Source: Octopus vulgaris
Lineage: Eukaryota
Assembly (NCBI GenBank): GCA_951406725.2
Contig: OX597821.1
Span: forward strand, 7,750,001 to 7,814,000
Reading direction: 5' to 3'
DNA length: 64,000 nucleotides
Under the pieces are notes generated by a model, which did no database searches, had not been told where the DNA came from, and saw nothing but the letters and a program-made list of their open reading frames with translations. The position numbers were made by a program, and so were the translations under genes. This document shows positions 38,211-51,010 of the stretch, in pieces. Position 1 is the stretch's first letter, and every line of letters begins with the position of its first letter.

Positions 38211-38537
38211 TTAAGGGCAATCAAATTAAATACATGTATACAGAAAATATCAAACATTTTTATTGAATAATCATTGTGTTGCAATAAATAGTTTTTCTAT
38301 ATACACATTCACTGACATACTGACTCGCTCTTTCCAAATTCCTGTCTGCAATGAACTGTTTGTGGGAAAGTGGTGTTTGTAATGGTTTCATATTGGAAGT
38401 CTAAGAAGAAAAGTACTTCCCAGGCCCACTTATAGCATTAATAAAGTTGACTGTCAGCCAGATTAAATGAATGCTTATGGCCATATATTGCACTAACAAT
38501 ACATGACAAGGATTGCAAGACAAAGTTATGATATATT

Positions 38538-38757
38538 TCTTTTCTACCCACAAGGGGCTAAACACAGAGGGGACAAACAAAGACAGACAAAGGGATTAAG
38601 TCGATTACATCGACTCCAGTGCGAAACTGGTACTTTATTTATCGACCCCGAAAGGATGAAAGGCAAAGTCGACCTTGGCGGAATTTGAACTCAGAACGTA
38701 ACGACAGACGAAATACGGCTACGCATTTCGCCCGGCGTGCTAACGTTTCTGCCAGCT
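38538..38757 (-). mobile_element. tRNA-derived SINE family B (Meta-domain-like core), young copy
   Basis: gagctggcagaaacgttagcacgccgggcg..gagttcaaattccgccaaggtcgactttgcctttcatcctttcggggtcgataaa..taccag; other copies at ~20000-20170, 34757-34990, 36330-36680, 59347-59560, 59988-60200. Confidence 0.85.
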
Positions 38758-41639
38758 CATGATAAAAACCATAAATCCTTGAAGTGAATTGTAGTCAAAA
38801 GCAAAGGTAAGCCAGCAGAAAGTTTAGCTGCAATGAGCAGGAGTTTTCTCTGCCCTTTTAAACCATCATTTAATGTCCACTTTTTCATGCTTGCATGGAT
38901 CAGAATTTGTTGAGAGATTTTGTATGACCAAATGCCTTCCCTGTCATCATGATATATAGTTGTGTGTGTGTCATGAGTCAAATTACCACTGTATCAAAAA
39001 GTGGTCACCTCATTTACTAAATATATTATAAAGGTTTTATTTTCATTGACATTTAAAAAAAAAAAGTCTTATTTTTCACAGTATTTCATCATTTCCAAGA
39101 GAACAAGTATAAAAGTTTCATAACTATAAATATAAGCGATATTTTACTTCTAACAATGCCTAAAAAGCCACAGTACTTAAAACATTCCAGGAAACTAAGT
39201 TAATTGGATTTCATTTAGATTAAAATGTGTTCTTGAATTTTTCAAAAAAACAGGAAAAGAGAAGAAAATTATAACCAGAATTAGCCACTAAAGATTACAT
39301 CAGTCGAAGATCACTAATGTACATAGAATAACATTTTCAACAACCCCATTAATAAAACAATACCACATTATATACAGATAGCTTTCATTCCATTGTTACT
39401 TATACTTCATTATCGCTCCACTAACATTTTCTCAAATTGACAAGAGAGAGGAGAGAGAAAGTGGGAGAGTATCTGATCACATGTGGAATACAAGTGCATG
39501 AATATTGTATATCAAAATACGAACAATTTCAAAATGGAAACCCTTCCTAACACCAATGATAAACAAAAGCCAGAATCTAAAGTGGTAATAATTAATAAAA
39601 ATTGCATAAGAGATCCCAAAATAAGGGATAGTTGACCTTTAAAATAATACAGACATTTGAATCATTAATAATTAGCAAAATTACAAATTGATTATGAAGA
39701 CAGCTACAAGTAGAAGCACTTGTCTCTCTGTAATAGCTGCAATATTATTGAACAATAGAGTTTATGAAGTATTCAGAAAAAAAAAAAATGTTTGAGCTAA
39801 AATTGTTTTCTCCCGTTTTTAGTCAAGTCTGTTATAAAACTTGTTCGTTGCCAAAACCATTCAGACGAAAATATGGCTAATTATCAAAATTTGAAAGGTT
39901 AAAAAGTTTGTTTAGCTTGGCAGCAATCAATGAAAGTGTGAATAGAAATAGACACATGGTTTAGGTAAAATAGTTAAGAATATTTTAGAGAAATCTCTCT
40001 GGCACAGACAAAACAGCAGTGATGAGGCATAAGTTGGTGGAGGTAGAAACGTATAAAAAGAAAAGCTTTTAATCTTACCAACCTGATTGGTCAAAGAAGA
40101 ATAGTAATAGCAGAGCTGTTGCAGACAGTAAAAGAATTGACTCAATAGGAGTTTAAATTATAGTTAGAATATCTTTTATCTTTTGTTTTACCAATTGGAC
40201 TACAGTAATACTGGGAAACCACCTTGAGGGTTTTAGCTGAACAAATCAACCCCAGTACTTATGGTTGGTTTTTTTTTCTTTTTGCTTAATTTTTTTAAAG
40301 TCTGATACTTAATCAGCCCCTTTTGCCAAAACAGCCAAGTTATGGGGATGTAAACAAACCAACACCTGTAGTCAAGCAGGGGGAAGACAAACATATACAC
40401 ATATACAACAGTTTCCACACAGTTTCCATCTACCAAATTCATTCAAGGCCTTGATCAGCACATGACTATGGTGGAGGTTTTTGGCACCATGCAGTAAGAC
40501 TGAACCCAAAACTAGCTGGTTACAATGCAAGTTTCTTAACCACACAGTCATGCCTACACCTAGAAAATGGCTAAATTTCTTAAACAGATAGAGAATGCAA
40601 CTGCAATGTAAAATTTTGTCCAAAACAAAAAGAAAATGAGAGGGAGTAGTTTAATTAAAACACTACAATAAAAAAAAAAGAAAAATAATCATCTACGAAA
40701 AGACGAAAATTAATCAAGGAAAACATTGATCAGTTCTGTAATTTATAAGTGGTTGAGATTGATTAGCAAAGAGGAAACTTGAGAGATTGAACGAGAACAG
40801 AACACTGTCTCATAATGTCAGATTTATTTAGTGTCCTTTCATTCTGTATCCATAGAGAGACAATAGAGACTAACTAGAACAAGGTACAGAGTAGACAATA
40901 GCAATTATTCACAATTACTTTTCATCAATTAGTATCCAACGACAACCTAGAAATAAATAACAGACATCACAGAATTGACATTACTGTTGGTAATAAGAAT
41001 CACTGACATAATACAATAACCATAATGTTATTCTCAGAAACATCAGCATTTAAAAATATAACAATTATTTGAATGATCTGACTGAAGCTTACTTCAAATT
41101 TTGTTGAATGATGAAACTGATAGCAAATCATGACATATAGCTACAGGTAGGTTTAATAATACTTCACCCACTACTATTTCAAAAATTCAGAATGAAAGTT
41201 CTTGATTAGTAACTAATGCATTATAGTTCTACCACAGTGACTAAAAATAAAATTCAATTAATAAATCTGAAACAGAATGACTTGGAATGATTTCAGGTTA
41301 ACGGAAAATGAATTGTGATATGTATGATACATATTTCAACTTTGTGTGTGTGTGTGTGCATACATGCATGTGTGCATGTCAAGAGTAGCACATCTGCCAT
41401 GTTCACAGATGTGGGTTCAAGTGGCACAGGTTACCTTTCACTTTTCCATCCAAGGATTGACAGCTATACAAGTATATGCATGAGAAGACATACATAAAAC
41501 TAAACATGCAAATTTCCATGTATGCATACATACAAAAATACCCTGTTGATGTAGTTGAATTTCCAATGAAAGCATCTTGAGTCGAGGTTAGAAACTGGCT
41601 CTTTATCAGCAAGAAATCTTGAATCAAAACTGAATGACT

Positions 41640-41675
<36 letters not shown>

Positions 41676-41730
41676 ATTTTAATCCAAACGGGAAACAAAA
41701 AAACAACAACAATGGAACAATTACAGTATT

Positions 41731-42740
41731 ATTATTAATAGGCGCTCAGGAAATGGAAGCAGGGAGGTATGACGTTTCGAGCGGAGCTCTTCGTCGGAAA
41801 CATAAAGAAGGAAGAGAGAGGAAAGAAAGATCCCGGAGCGGGCAACGGAGATAGAGAAAAAAAACGACTGGTGTTAGGAGTAGCACATGGTGAAAGGCGG
41901 ATGTTTACGATAACAAGAGCAAAGTGGGTTTTTAAAGGCAAAAGAGTGGAGACAAGGTTGGTAACGCAACAGATGTGTGTGTATGTGTGAGTGTGTGCGT
42001 GTGCGTGTGAGGCGAGGTAAAAAAACAAAAAATATATGTATGTGTTAGTGTGTGCGTCTGTGTGTAGGCGTGTGAGGTAGGGCGAGACGGTGGTCAGCAT
42101 AGCAGCAGCATAGCAGACAAAGGTCAGTAGTAAGAAAAGGGAGGAAGGAAGGAAGGGAGGGAGGGAAGGGGTGGGGGCGTATGTAGCGTGCCAGCGTGTG
42201 TTGAGTAGTAGTGTGTGTGTGTGTCCAGTGTCGTGGTAGTATTAGTGGCGAGTAGATTGAATGTGTGTAAGAGTAATGTATATGTTTAAGCAATGTGTGT
42301 ATATGTGTGCGCGTGTGTGTAACGAAAAAAAAGGGGGGGTTTAGGAAAAGGACTCCAGCGGAGGGGAAGATGGAAGAGTGGTCCCGCGGAGACGGGCGTG
42401 GGAAAACCCAACGACAAGCGGCATCCCAGGAACGGGCGGGAGGTCTCGTCGGGTCCAAGGGCGAGGTGCATGCGGCGCGCATGCGTGCGCGAACCGGCGC
42501 AAGCGCGTGTGTGTGCGCACCTGCGAGTGTGCGCGTACATATATATATAGTTAATCCAAACAAGAAAACACAAAAAAACAGCAACGCGAGGACGTGGAAC
42601 AAATAAAGTATTATTGGACGCTCAGGAAAGAAGGGAAGAAGGAGGGTTTAATGTTTCGAGCGGAGCTCTTCGTCGGAAACATAGGAGAAGGGAAGACAGA
42701 GGGAAAAAAATCGGCAGCGGTACTCACGAGGTCACATATA
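41731..42740 (-). mobile_element. Non-coding Penelope-like/retrozyme-like element with direct terminal repeats, each holding a minimal hammerhead
   Basis: ~100-bp direct repeats at ~41735 and ~42611 (cgctcaggaaa..gtttcgagcggagctcttcgtcggaaacata); CpG-rich interior without a credible ORF; fragments recur at 53730-53780 and 56722-56770. Confidence 0.65.
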
Positions 42741-42789
42741 TATATAAACGGTACATTATCTGGTAGTGATTCAGCTATAAGAACAAGAT

Positions 42790-43112
42790 CGGGTTCACAG
42801 GGACAGCCTGACTCAAATCCCTCCGTTATTGCCTTAGAGGACTATGATGAATAAGAGGGGGCTGAGGAACAATCCGTGGTAAACTACTAATTGTACACTG
42901 AATTCATTGCAAGACTTGTTGCAAACCCTCACTTTATTGACAGTATCCCTGCACATGGCTTGTACAACTCTCGCCAACCACTCATCTTTCCCTAGTTTTC
43001 ACATTGAGTAGGGGTCCCAGTCAAAGGCTTTCTCCATGTCAATAAAAGCCAAGTACAGAAATTTAGTTTTGGCAAAGTACTTCTGCAGTTGCCTTACCAG
43101 GAATATAGCATC
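42790..43112 (-). mobile_element. RTE RT fragment
   Basis: Similar to 32455-32785 (ggctttctccatgtc, aggaatatagcatc). Confidence 0.75.
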
Positions 43113-43440
43113 GAGACAGGCTTCCTGTCTACCAAATACACTCACAAGGCTTTGGTTGGCCCAGGGCTATGGCTATAGTAGAAGGCACTTGTTGATGGTG
43201 CCATAGAGTGGAACTAAACCCAGACATGTTAGGAACATCACTGAGCTATAGATGACGAGATACACTGACATTCCTCCACCAACAGACCACATAGCAATTA
43301 TGCTTTAGAAGATGAGTAGAATAACAGGTAAGGGTCAGCAACAGGAAAGGTATCCAACTCTAAAACAAAACTTCAACAATATGTATACCTGTCTAACCTA
43401 TGCTAGAAAAATGGACATAAAATGAAACACACACACGCAC

Positions 43441-43482
<42 letters not shown>

Positions 43483-45071
43483 ATGTGTATCTATGGCTGC
43501 CTTACATTGACACCAGTTGAAAATATATATAACTATGCTCTATGTTCATATTTCATACTCAACAGTTGCACAAAGAGGTCAATATAATAAATGCCAAACT
43601 TAGAGAATAAACAATGGACTCAATATGATAGACTAAAACCCTTCAAGTCAGTACTTTGGCATGGCAAAAGCCCAATTGATATAAGACTGTGTGTGTGGTG
43701 TGTATGTATATATATATATATACATACACACATATATACAAATACATACATTCATATATGCACATACACACACATACACAAACACACACACACATATATA
43801 TATACATACATATATAGACATAAGTACTAGAATGAAAATGTGTGCATAGAATCCTAGAATATTCTTAAGTATTGAAGCTGGAAAGTACAAAATAAGTAGT
43901 AATTAATCCTGGAAAAGTAATGAAGAAGGAAAACTAAAAATATTGCTTCTGAAGTTAGAATTTAATACCTAAAATAATAAACAAATGCCCTTTTATAATT
44001 TTATTTTTACTTAAAAGTTTAAATTAGAATACTCAACAAACTATTTCCAATTTGAGTGAAAAGACTAATTGCCTGGAAATTTACACAAAAATTTGATATC
44101 ACAAAATTTTTAAAAGTCAGAGAATAGCAATTTAAGCAAAATTAACAATTATAACTAAGAGAGTTTGCATATAGACACAACCACATATAGACACATATAT
44201 ACACATACATATATAAACTGACATATATACACAAACATTTTATATTTGTACTCAATTTGCTCATTAGATTCCATTTTCTTTGATATTTTTGTAATGGTAA
44301 ATAGAAAATATTTTATCTGATAATGCAAACTTTAAAGAAATTCTTTTTTTTTTCTTGAATATTTTTTACTATATTTTACTCATACTTAAGAATATTCTAG
44401 GATTCTCTGCCTGTAGTTTTCATTGTAGTCCACCTTTTTTCTTTCCAGGTAATGCTTTTATTATTATTAATTATTATATTTACTTTTTTATAATTGAAAA
44501 GATGATATCATCATCATCATTTAACGTCTGCTTTCCATGCTAGCATGGGTTGGACAATACTATTGTAAATACTTTTTTAAATACAAATTTTGTTCAAACT
44601 TAGAAATTTCTGTTACAAATAAATGTATTTTTCAACAATTTTTATTTAAAAATGTTATATTCTATAAAATAAGTTTTTTCCATTAGTGAAAGTTTTTATT
44701 TTAATATTTTTAATAAGTACACCATTTAATACATGAAAACAAAAACAAGAATATATGAAATCACAAAAGAATCTTAACTATTTTTATGCTTAATATTTTT
44801 AAACAGGATTTTCTCAGAAATATTCATCAGGATAAACTCTTTCAAGTTAATGTAATGTAATATTTTGATTTCTTAAAATTATAACCTTTTTACATCACTG
44901 AAAGCCAAAGAACTGTTTTTGTAGTTAATATTTCTTGACAAGCTTTTCACCAAAAGATTCTACTCATAGAGTTCTTTCAGCTGAAGTAAATCTGGAATGC
45001 AGACTAGCTGTGAAACCAGATTAGAAGAATGGGTTCAAATACTGTTTGGAAATGGGGGAAAAAATGGCTAG

Positions 45072-45146
45072 CACGGCACTACAGGGGATCAAACCCATAC
45101 CTCTCAAATTCCAGTTATGTGCGCCATACCATTAAGCTAAGCAATC
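45072..45146 (-). pseudogene. tRNA-like relic or SINE head
   Basis: A-box tagcttaatgg and B-box ggtttgatccc at tRNA-like spacing; acceptor stem does not pair well. Confidence 0.35.
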
Positions 45147-45697
45147 TATGACATCAGGTGCTGTCTTTTATAATGTTAAATATCATAAAATAGCAAAAAT
45201 ATTTTACTTTGTTAAAATTATCACCTTTCTTTTTTGTCATAGAGATTACTTTTTTCTGTAGCTAATATTTTTTGACAATGTTTTCATCATAAGACTGATC
45301 TCCGAGAGCTCATTCATTTGAACACAACTGCTGTGTAGGTTTCTTCAGTATTAGCTTAGATATTTTGATTCTAAGCCAATTTGGTGGCGGGGGGGTTACT
45401 TAACATTTTGGTTTTGTTACAGTTGTGTAGTTTTATCGATTTTTATCGTAATTGGGAGTTATTTTGACTGAAAAAATGCCCCTATGACTTAAGTTATGGT
45501 ATTTGGAATATTAATTCCGATTTTTTCATTCACTAAATTTGGAATTGTGTAAATGTATGAATTTTCAACATACATACACACACAGAAAATCTGCCTTTTA
45601 TAGATAGATATATATATATACATATACATATTTATACATATATATATACATACAGTATATATATATATACACATACAGTATAGATATATATATATAC

Positions 45698-45742
<45 letters not shown>

Positions 45743-45744
45743 GT

Positions 45745-46405
45745 GGGTCATAGCCCAGTTAATTAGGGAGAAATTCATCATAGATGAGATGCAGTTCGGT
45801 TTTGTGGCAGGCAGAAGTACCACTGATGCTATATTTCTGGTATGGCAACTGCAGGAGAAATACCTAGCCAATGATAAAGCTTCGTACTTGGCCTTCGTTG
45901 ACTTGGAGAAAGCCCTTGACAGGGTCCCCTGATCCTTTATATGGTGATCATATATATATACATACACAGTATATCTACACATCATCATCATCATCATCAT
46001 CATAGTTTAGCGTCCGCTTTCCATGCTAGCATGGGTTGGACGGTTCAACTGGGGTCTGGGAAGCCAGAAGGCTGCACCAGGCCCAGTTTGATCTGGCAAT
46101 GTTTCTACGGCTGGATGCCCTTCCTAATGCCAACCACTCCATGAGTGTAGTGGGTGCTTTTTACGTGCCAGACGAGTCTGGCAAACGGCCACGAACGGAT
46201 GGTGCTTTTTACGTGCCACCGGCACGAGGCCAGTCGGGGCGGCGCTGGCAATGGCCACGTTCGGATGGTTCTCTTACGTGCCACCGGCACTGGTAACTCA
46301 GCTGCAATTTCCATTGATCGATTTCAATTCTCACTTGGCTCAACAGGTCTTCACAAGTAGAGTTTTGTGTCCCAAGAAGGGAAGGTATGCATAAGTGGAC
46401 TGGCT
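45745..46405. mobile_element. RTE RT fragment (+, 45745-45945) adjacent to RTE 3'UTR/tail (-, 45981-46405)
   Basis: IDEMQFGFVAGRSTTDAIFLVWQLQEKY..DLEKALDRVP; (CAT)n tail and sub-repeats. Confidence 0.8.
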
Positions 46406-46438
<33 letters not shown>

Positions 46439-46491
46439 CACATAAATACAGTATATCAATATTACACACACACACACACAGAGTATATCAA

Positions 46492-46527
<36 letters not shown>

Positions 46528-46537
46528 CATACATACA

Positions 46538-46731
46538 CAGTAATCCCTCAACTATTGGGAGTTTTATGTTCCACTCCCAGCAATAGGTGAAAATCTGCAA
46601 GGTAGAAACAATACTGTACTGTGCATTTCTTTGTATTTTATAATTTGTATATATTTATCATAAATATATAACACTGTGAAGCAATCAACATAAGCTGAAA
46701 CAATAAGCCGCAATATGGCAAGGGATTACTG
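46538..46731. mobile_element. pogo/Tigger-like MITE
   Basis: cagtaatccctc ... agggattactg|TA. Confidence 0.75.
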
Positions 46732-46927
46732 TATACAGTATATCTAAGATAGATGAAGACCACATATTTAGTACATTTTCACCACCAATTCTAATTCAGC
46801 AGAAAAATTTGTCAGCGTAAGCCATTTTAACATTTTAATTTCAAGTTTCCATGTATTAAATATATTTCCTTCATTAAGGTCAATATGTATTTTATTCAAT
46901 GTAAGGTTTTTCCTCGAATTTTATAAT

Positions 46928-46978
<51 letters not shown>

Positions 46979-47116
46979 TTTTTGAGCTCATTTTTGTTTA
47001 TCGCTCGAAAATTGACCATTATTTCTAAAGGGCCAATCAAACAAGTCCATTTTTAAAGGTGTAGCGTTTGTAATAGTCTAGATAGAATTGACATATCGGT
47101 TCCATTCTAGCAAAAA

Positions 47117-47154
47117 CTGTCCGATGAACGGCAATGGGAAACTCAGAGTAACAG
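47117..47154 (+). ncRNA. Minimal hammerhead-like motif in a pLTR-like fragment (~46990-47231)
   Basis: CUGU-CCGAUGA-acggcaaugg-GAAA-CUCAGAG-UA/ACAG; stem II poorly paired; AATAAA downstream. Confidence 0.55.
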
Positions 47155-47229
47155 ATTTTGTTGAATTTTCTGCTGCTTTAAATAAAGCATATTACTCTAC
47201 CACTTGTTTCGCATTTATGTGTTTACTCC

Positions 47230-47278
<49 letters not shown>

Positions 47279-48140
47279 GTGTGGAATTCTTTCAGTTTCA
47301 GTCTACCAAATTCATTCACAAGACACTGGTTAGCTCAGGCCTATTGTAGAAAACATGGTGCCACACAGTGAGCCTAATGGGAAGCAAACTTGTCAAGCAC
47401 AGAGACACTCCTACAGACCTATTACATTCTGTAAAGTAGTTGGCATTAGAAAGACATCCATCTGTAGAGACCATGCCAAAATGGACATTGGAGAAAGACT
47501 TGATCCTCAGATCTGATAGAACCAGTGGATTCTTTCAGACCACCCACCATGCCAACATGAAAAAGTAGGCCTGAAATGATACACTCACATATATATACAA
47601 AAGATATTTCTAATTAGCAATCAAAGACAAAGTATCAGAGTAATGCTTGCACACATCACTGGCCCAACTAATTACTATCTAATCTCCACTTACTAACAAA
47701 ATAAACAACAGTAATCAATACGAAGTCCAATTTAACAGCAGCCAGTGGTTGGCCAGTGGCCAAAATAAGTAACTTTCTATAGGTCACATAGTTACAAAAA
47801 AAAATGCAAAATGTAAACTGATAATAGGTTGAACATCGTCAAATATAAGTTTTGACAAATAATACACCAAATTCTTTGGTAACATAGTGCAATACTACAT
47901 ATTTATAGCATGCATTACATACATACACATTATGCATACCACATACATACACATAAATAAATATTCCTTTATTCTTTTACTTCTTTCAGTCATCTGACCA
48001 CAGACATGCTGCCTTGAAGGATTTAAGCTTAGTACTTATTCTATCAGTTTTTTGCCAAACTGCTAAGTTACAGGGATGCAAATACACCATCATCTGTTGT
48101 CAAGCAGTGATAGGGGACAAACAAACACGCAGTTATATAC

Positions 48141-48184
<44 letters not shown>

Positions 48185-48418
48185 TTTTGACAGTGAACAG
48201 GTCGCGGAATTTAGCGACGAAAATATTTTGACAAATTAAACTTAAATGTTGAAGTGAATCGAACGGCTTTTGTGTGTTTCTTAAATGGCTTATTAACACC
48301 TTCCACGCTGCAATTGGTATATATATATACACATATATTACAGCGGTGGTGCCCCAGCATGGCCACGGCCTTCGGGCTAAAACATTTTTAAGGATTTTAA
48401 GGATATACATATGTATAT

Positions 48419-48460
<42 letters not shown>

Positions 48461-48948
48461 GTATATATACATACACATGACAGGCTTCTTTCAGTTTCCG
48501 TCTACCAAATCCACTCACAAGGCTTTGGTTGGCCCGAGGCTATAGCAGAAGGCACTTGCACAAGGTGCCACGCAGTGACTCTGAACCCAAAACCATGTAG
48601 TGTAGTTGGGAAGCAAGCTCCTGATCACACATCCACACACACACGAACAGACAAGAACATGTGTGAAATGCTATGCGTTTACTGAAATTACAGGCTAGTG
48701 GGATAACAGCAGCAATCCGAGAATACATGTAAATTTTCAAGTGTTCTTAGTAACGGAGCTGAAGGGGTTTGCAAATCAAACAAATAGATCTTTCACTACA
48801 GAGATAGTTACTATCTGCAAATGATTTTCTAAATCTGTACAAATATATTTACTATAATTCAATGAGAACATTGAAGTATGATAAACATGTTTTTTTTTTT
48901 GCATTCTTTCTTCTTTTTTGTTTTTTAATCTTTTACTAAGGAGTGGAG

Positions 48949-49344
48949 GTAGGGCATGAAAGATTGAGGAGAAGGCTAAGCAAGGTAGGGCATGAAAGAT
49001 TGAGGAGAAGGCTAAGCAAGGTAGGGCATGAAAGATTGAGGAGAAGGCTAAGCAAGGTAGGGCATGAAAGATTGAGGAGAAGGCTAAGCAAGGTAGGGCA
49101 TGAAAGATTGAGGAGAAGGCTAAGCAAGGTAGGGCATGAAAGATTGAGGAGAAGGCTAAGCAAGGTAGGGCATGAAAGATTGAGGAGAAGGCTAAGCAAG
49201 GTAGGGCATGAAAGATTGAGGAGAAGGCTAAGCAAGGTAGGGCATGAAAGATTGAGGAGAAGGCTAAGCAAGGTAGGGCATGAAAGATTGAGGAGAAGGC
49301 TAAGCAAGGTAGGGCATGAAAGATTGAGGAGAAGGCTAAGCAAG
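48949..49344. repeat. Minisatellite, 11 identical 36-bp units gtagggcatgaaagattgaggagaaggctaagcaag
   Basis: Read directly; gives (VGHERLRRRLSK)11 on + and (TLLSLLLNLSCP)n on -. Confidence 0.97.
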
Positions 49345-49722
49345 GTAACCTTCAAGCTGGTAGCTTTGCCCAAATGCTTGCAACAGAGTAGACTCTTGCC
49401 AAAAACACCCAATATGCCATGGGGAATTCACCTAAGTAGGCCACAGCAAGATTTAAACTCAGAATACAAAGAGCTGAGACAAACACCACAAGGTATCTGG
49501 TCTAATATTCACAAAGATTTGTCAATCTACTACATTGCATTAGTACTTTTTTTATAATCAACTCTAAAGGTAAAGCTATCCTTGGCAAGATTTGAACTCA
49601 GAGCACTGACAGAATGCCAGGAACCAATTCACTTCCTAATAGTGAGGTGGGCAGGGGAGAGAAACATGAAAGAGATTCCACTACAATAGCTTTCTGCATA
49701 GGTGAACAACCTGTTAAATATA

Positions 49723-50974
49723 TTGGGTCATCCCATAAATAATGCAATTTGTTCAATTGAATGAACTGAAAGTCAGAGAGGGACAGGATAAACTACCTGC
49801 ATCAACTTGCTATAAAAGCAGGTAGTAATTTTAGTGTAAGTTTTGAAGAGTGCAGTTCGATTTTAACAGTTATTTTTTCAAAGCTATAATGGAAGTGACA
49901 AAGGAACATGTTCAGCATATTTTGCTTTATGAGTTCAATAAAGGCAACAATGCAACAAAAAGTGTGAGGGAAATTAATGCAGTATATGGAGATTGGACAA
50001 TAAGCATAAGCTAGTGTCAATGGTGGTTCCAGAAATTCTGAGCCGGAAACTACAGCCTAAAAGACGAGTCTCATCCTGGAAAATCTGTAGAGCTTAACGA
50101 TGACATCCTGCAAACCCTGGTGGAACAAAATCCCATCGTAACTGTTGAGAGACAAGCAGAGAAGCTTGGATTTGGTCAATCAACCATTCATTGACACCTA
50201 CATGCCATCGGAAAAGTCAGCAAATTGGGTCAATAGGTTCCTCACAAACTTTCTAAATCTAATCATGCACAGAAAGTGAATGTGTGCTCATTTTTGCTGT
50301 CACATCTCACAAAAGAACCTTTTTCAGACTGAATAGTGACTGGTGACAAGAAATGGGTTCTCTATAAAAATGCCAAGTGCCAAAGACAGCGGGCAAGGAA
50401 AGGAGAAACATTGGTACCCCAGGCTAAAGAAAGTGTTGCTTTCTGTTTGGTGAGATATGAAAGGTTTAGTCCACTTTGAAATTTTAAACCCAAACCAAAC
50501 GATAAAGGAGATCTACTGTGAGCAGCTTGAGTGGCTTAAGTCATTGTTAGAAGAAAAACGACCATTTTTGGTTTCAAGACGAAAGGTGTTCTTCCATCAG
50601 GATAATGCTCAACCACATATAACAAGAATGACATTCCAAAGGTTGGCACAGTTTGAATGGGAAACGATGCCCCACCCACCATATTTGCTGAACATTCCAG
50701 GCATTGCCCCATCTGATTATCATTTATTCCATAGTCTTCAAAATCATTTAGATGGGAAAAAATATAAATTCTGTAGATGAGTTTAGAATACAAGGAGTAT
50801 TTTTCATCATGGACAAGTGAATTTTGGAAGAGGGGCCTTACAAATCTACCAGATAGATAGAAGAGCATTGTAGAAAATGAAGGGGAGCGTATTTTAGATT
50901 AAAGAACTTTGTTTATCTTAATTTTGAAAAATAAAGGAAGTATAAAAAACCGCATTATTAATGGAATGACCCAA
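49723..50974 (+). mobile_element. Full-length decayed mariner
   Basis: TIRs ttgggtcatcccataaataatgc / gcattattaatggaatgacccaa with TA TSD; VTGDKKW, FHQDNAQPH, HPPY..IAPSDYHLF. Confidence 0.92.
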
Positions 50975-51010
50975 TAGTAACAAAACTTCCTTCATGTCTT
51001 ACTGTATTAA

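Noticed and set aside
40079-40115. 37-nt exon-like segment with good acceptor and TTG|gtaaga donor
   Set aside because: No protein similarity; such site pairs arise by chance in long AT-rich introns.
41542-41629. Possible extra TCERG1 exon (LIQDFLLIKSQFLTSTQDAFIGNSTTSTG, phase-2 end)
   Set aside because: Weak acceptor after (TG)n, weak donor and no similarity to TCERG1; cannot be supported without RNA data.
48949-49344. CRISPR array (36-bp repeats)
   Set aside because: Units are head-to-tail with no spacers, the DNA is eukaryotic and there are no cas genes.
48936-49557. 204-aa and 158-aa ORFs as real genes
   Set aside because: Open only because the 36-bp unit lacks stops in those frames; non-ATG start on +, no domain, no exon context.
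50457-50780. SETMAR-like domesticated transposase gene
   Set aside because: Many stops and frameshifts between intact TIRs, no SET domain; a dead mariner copy.
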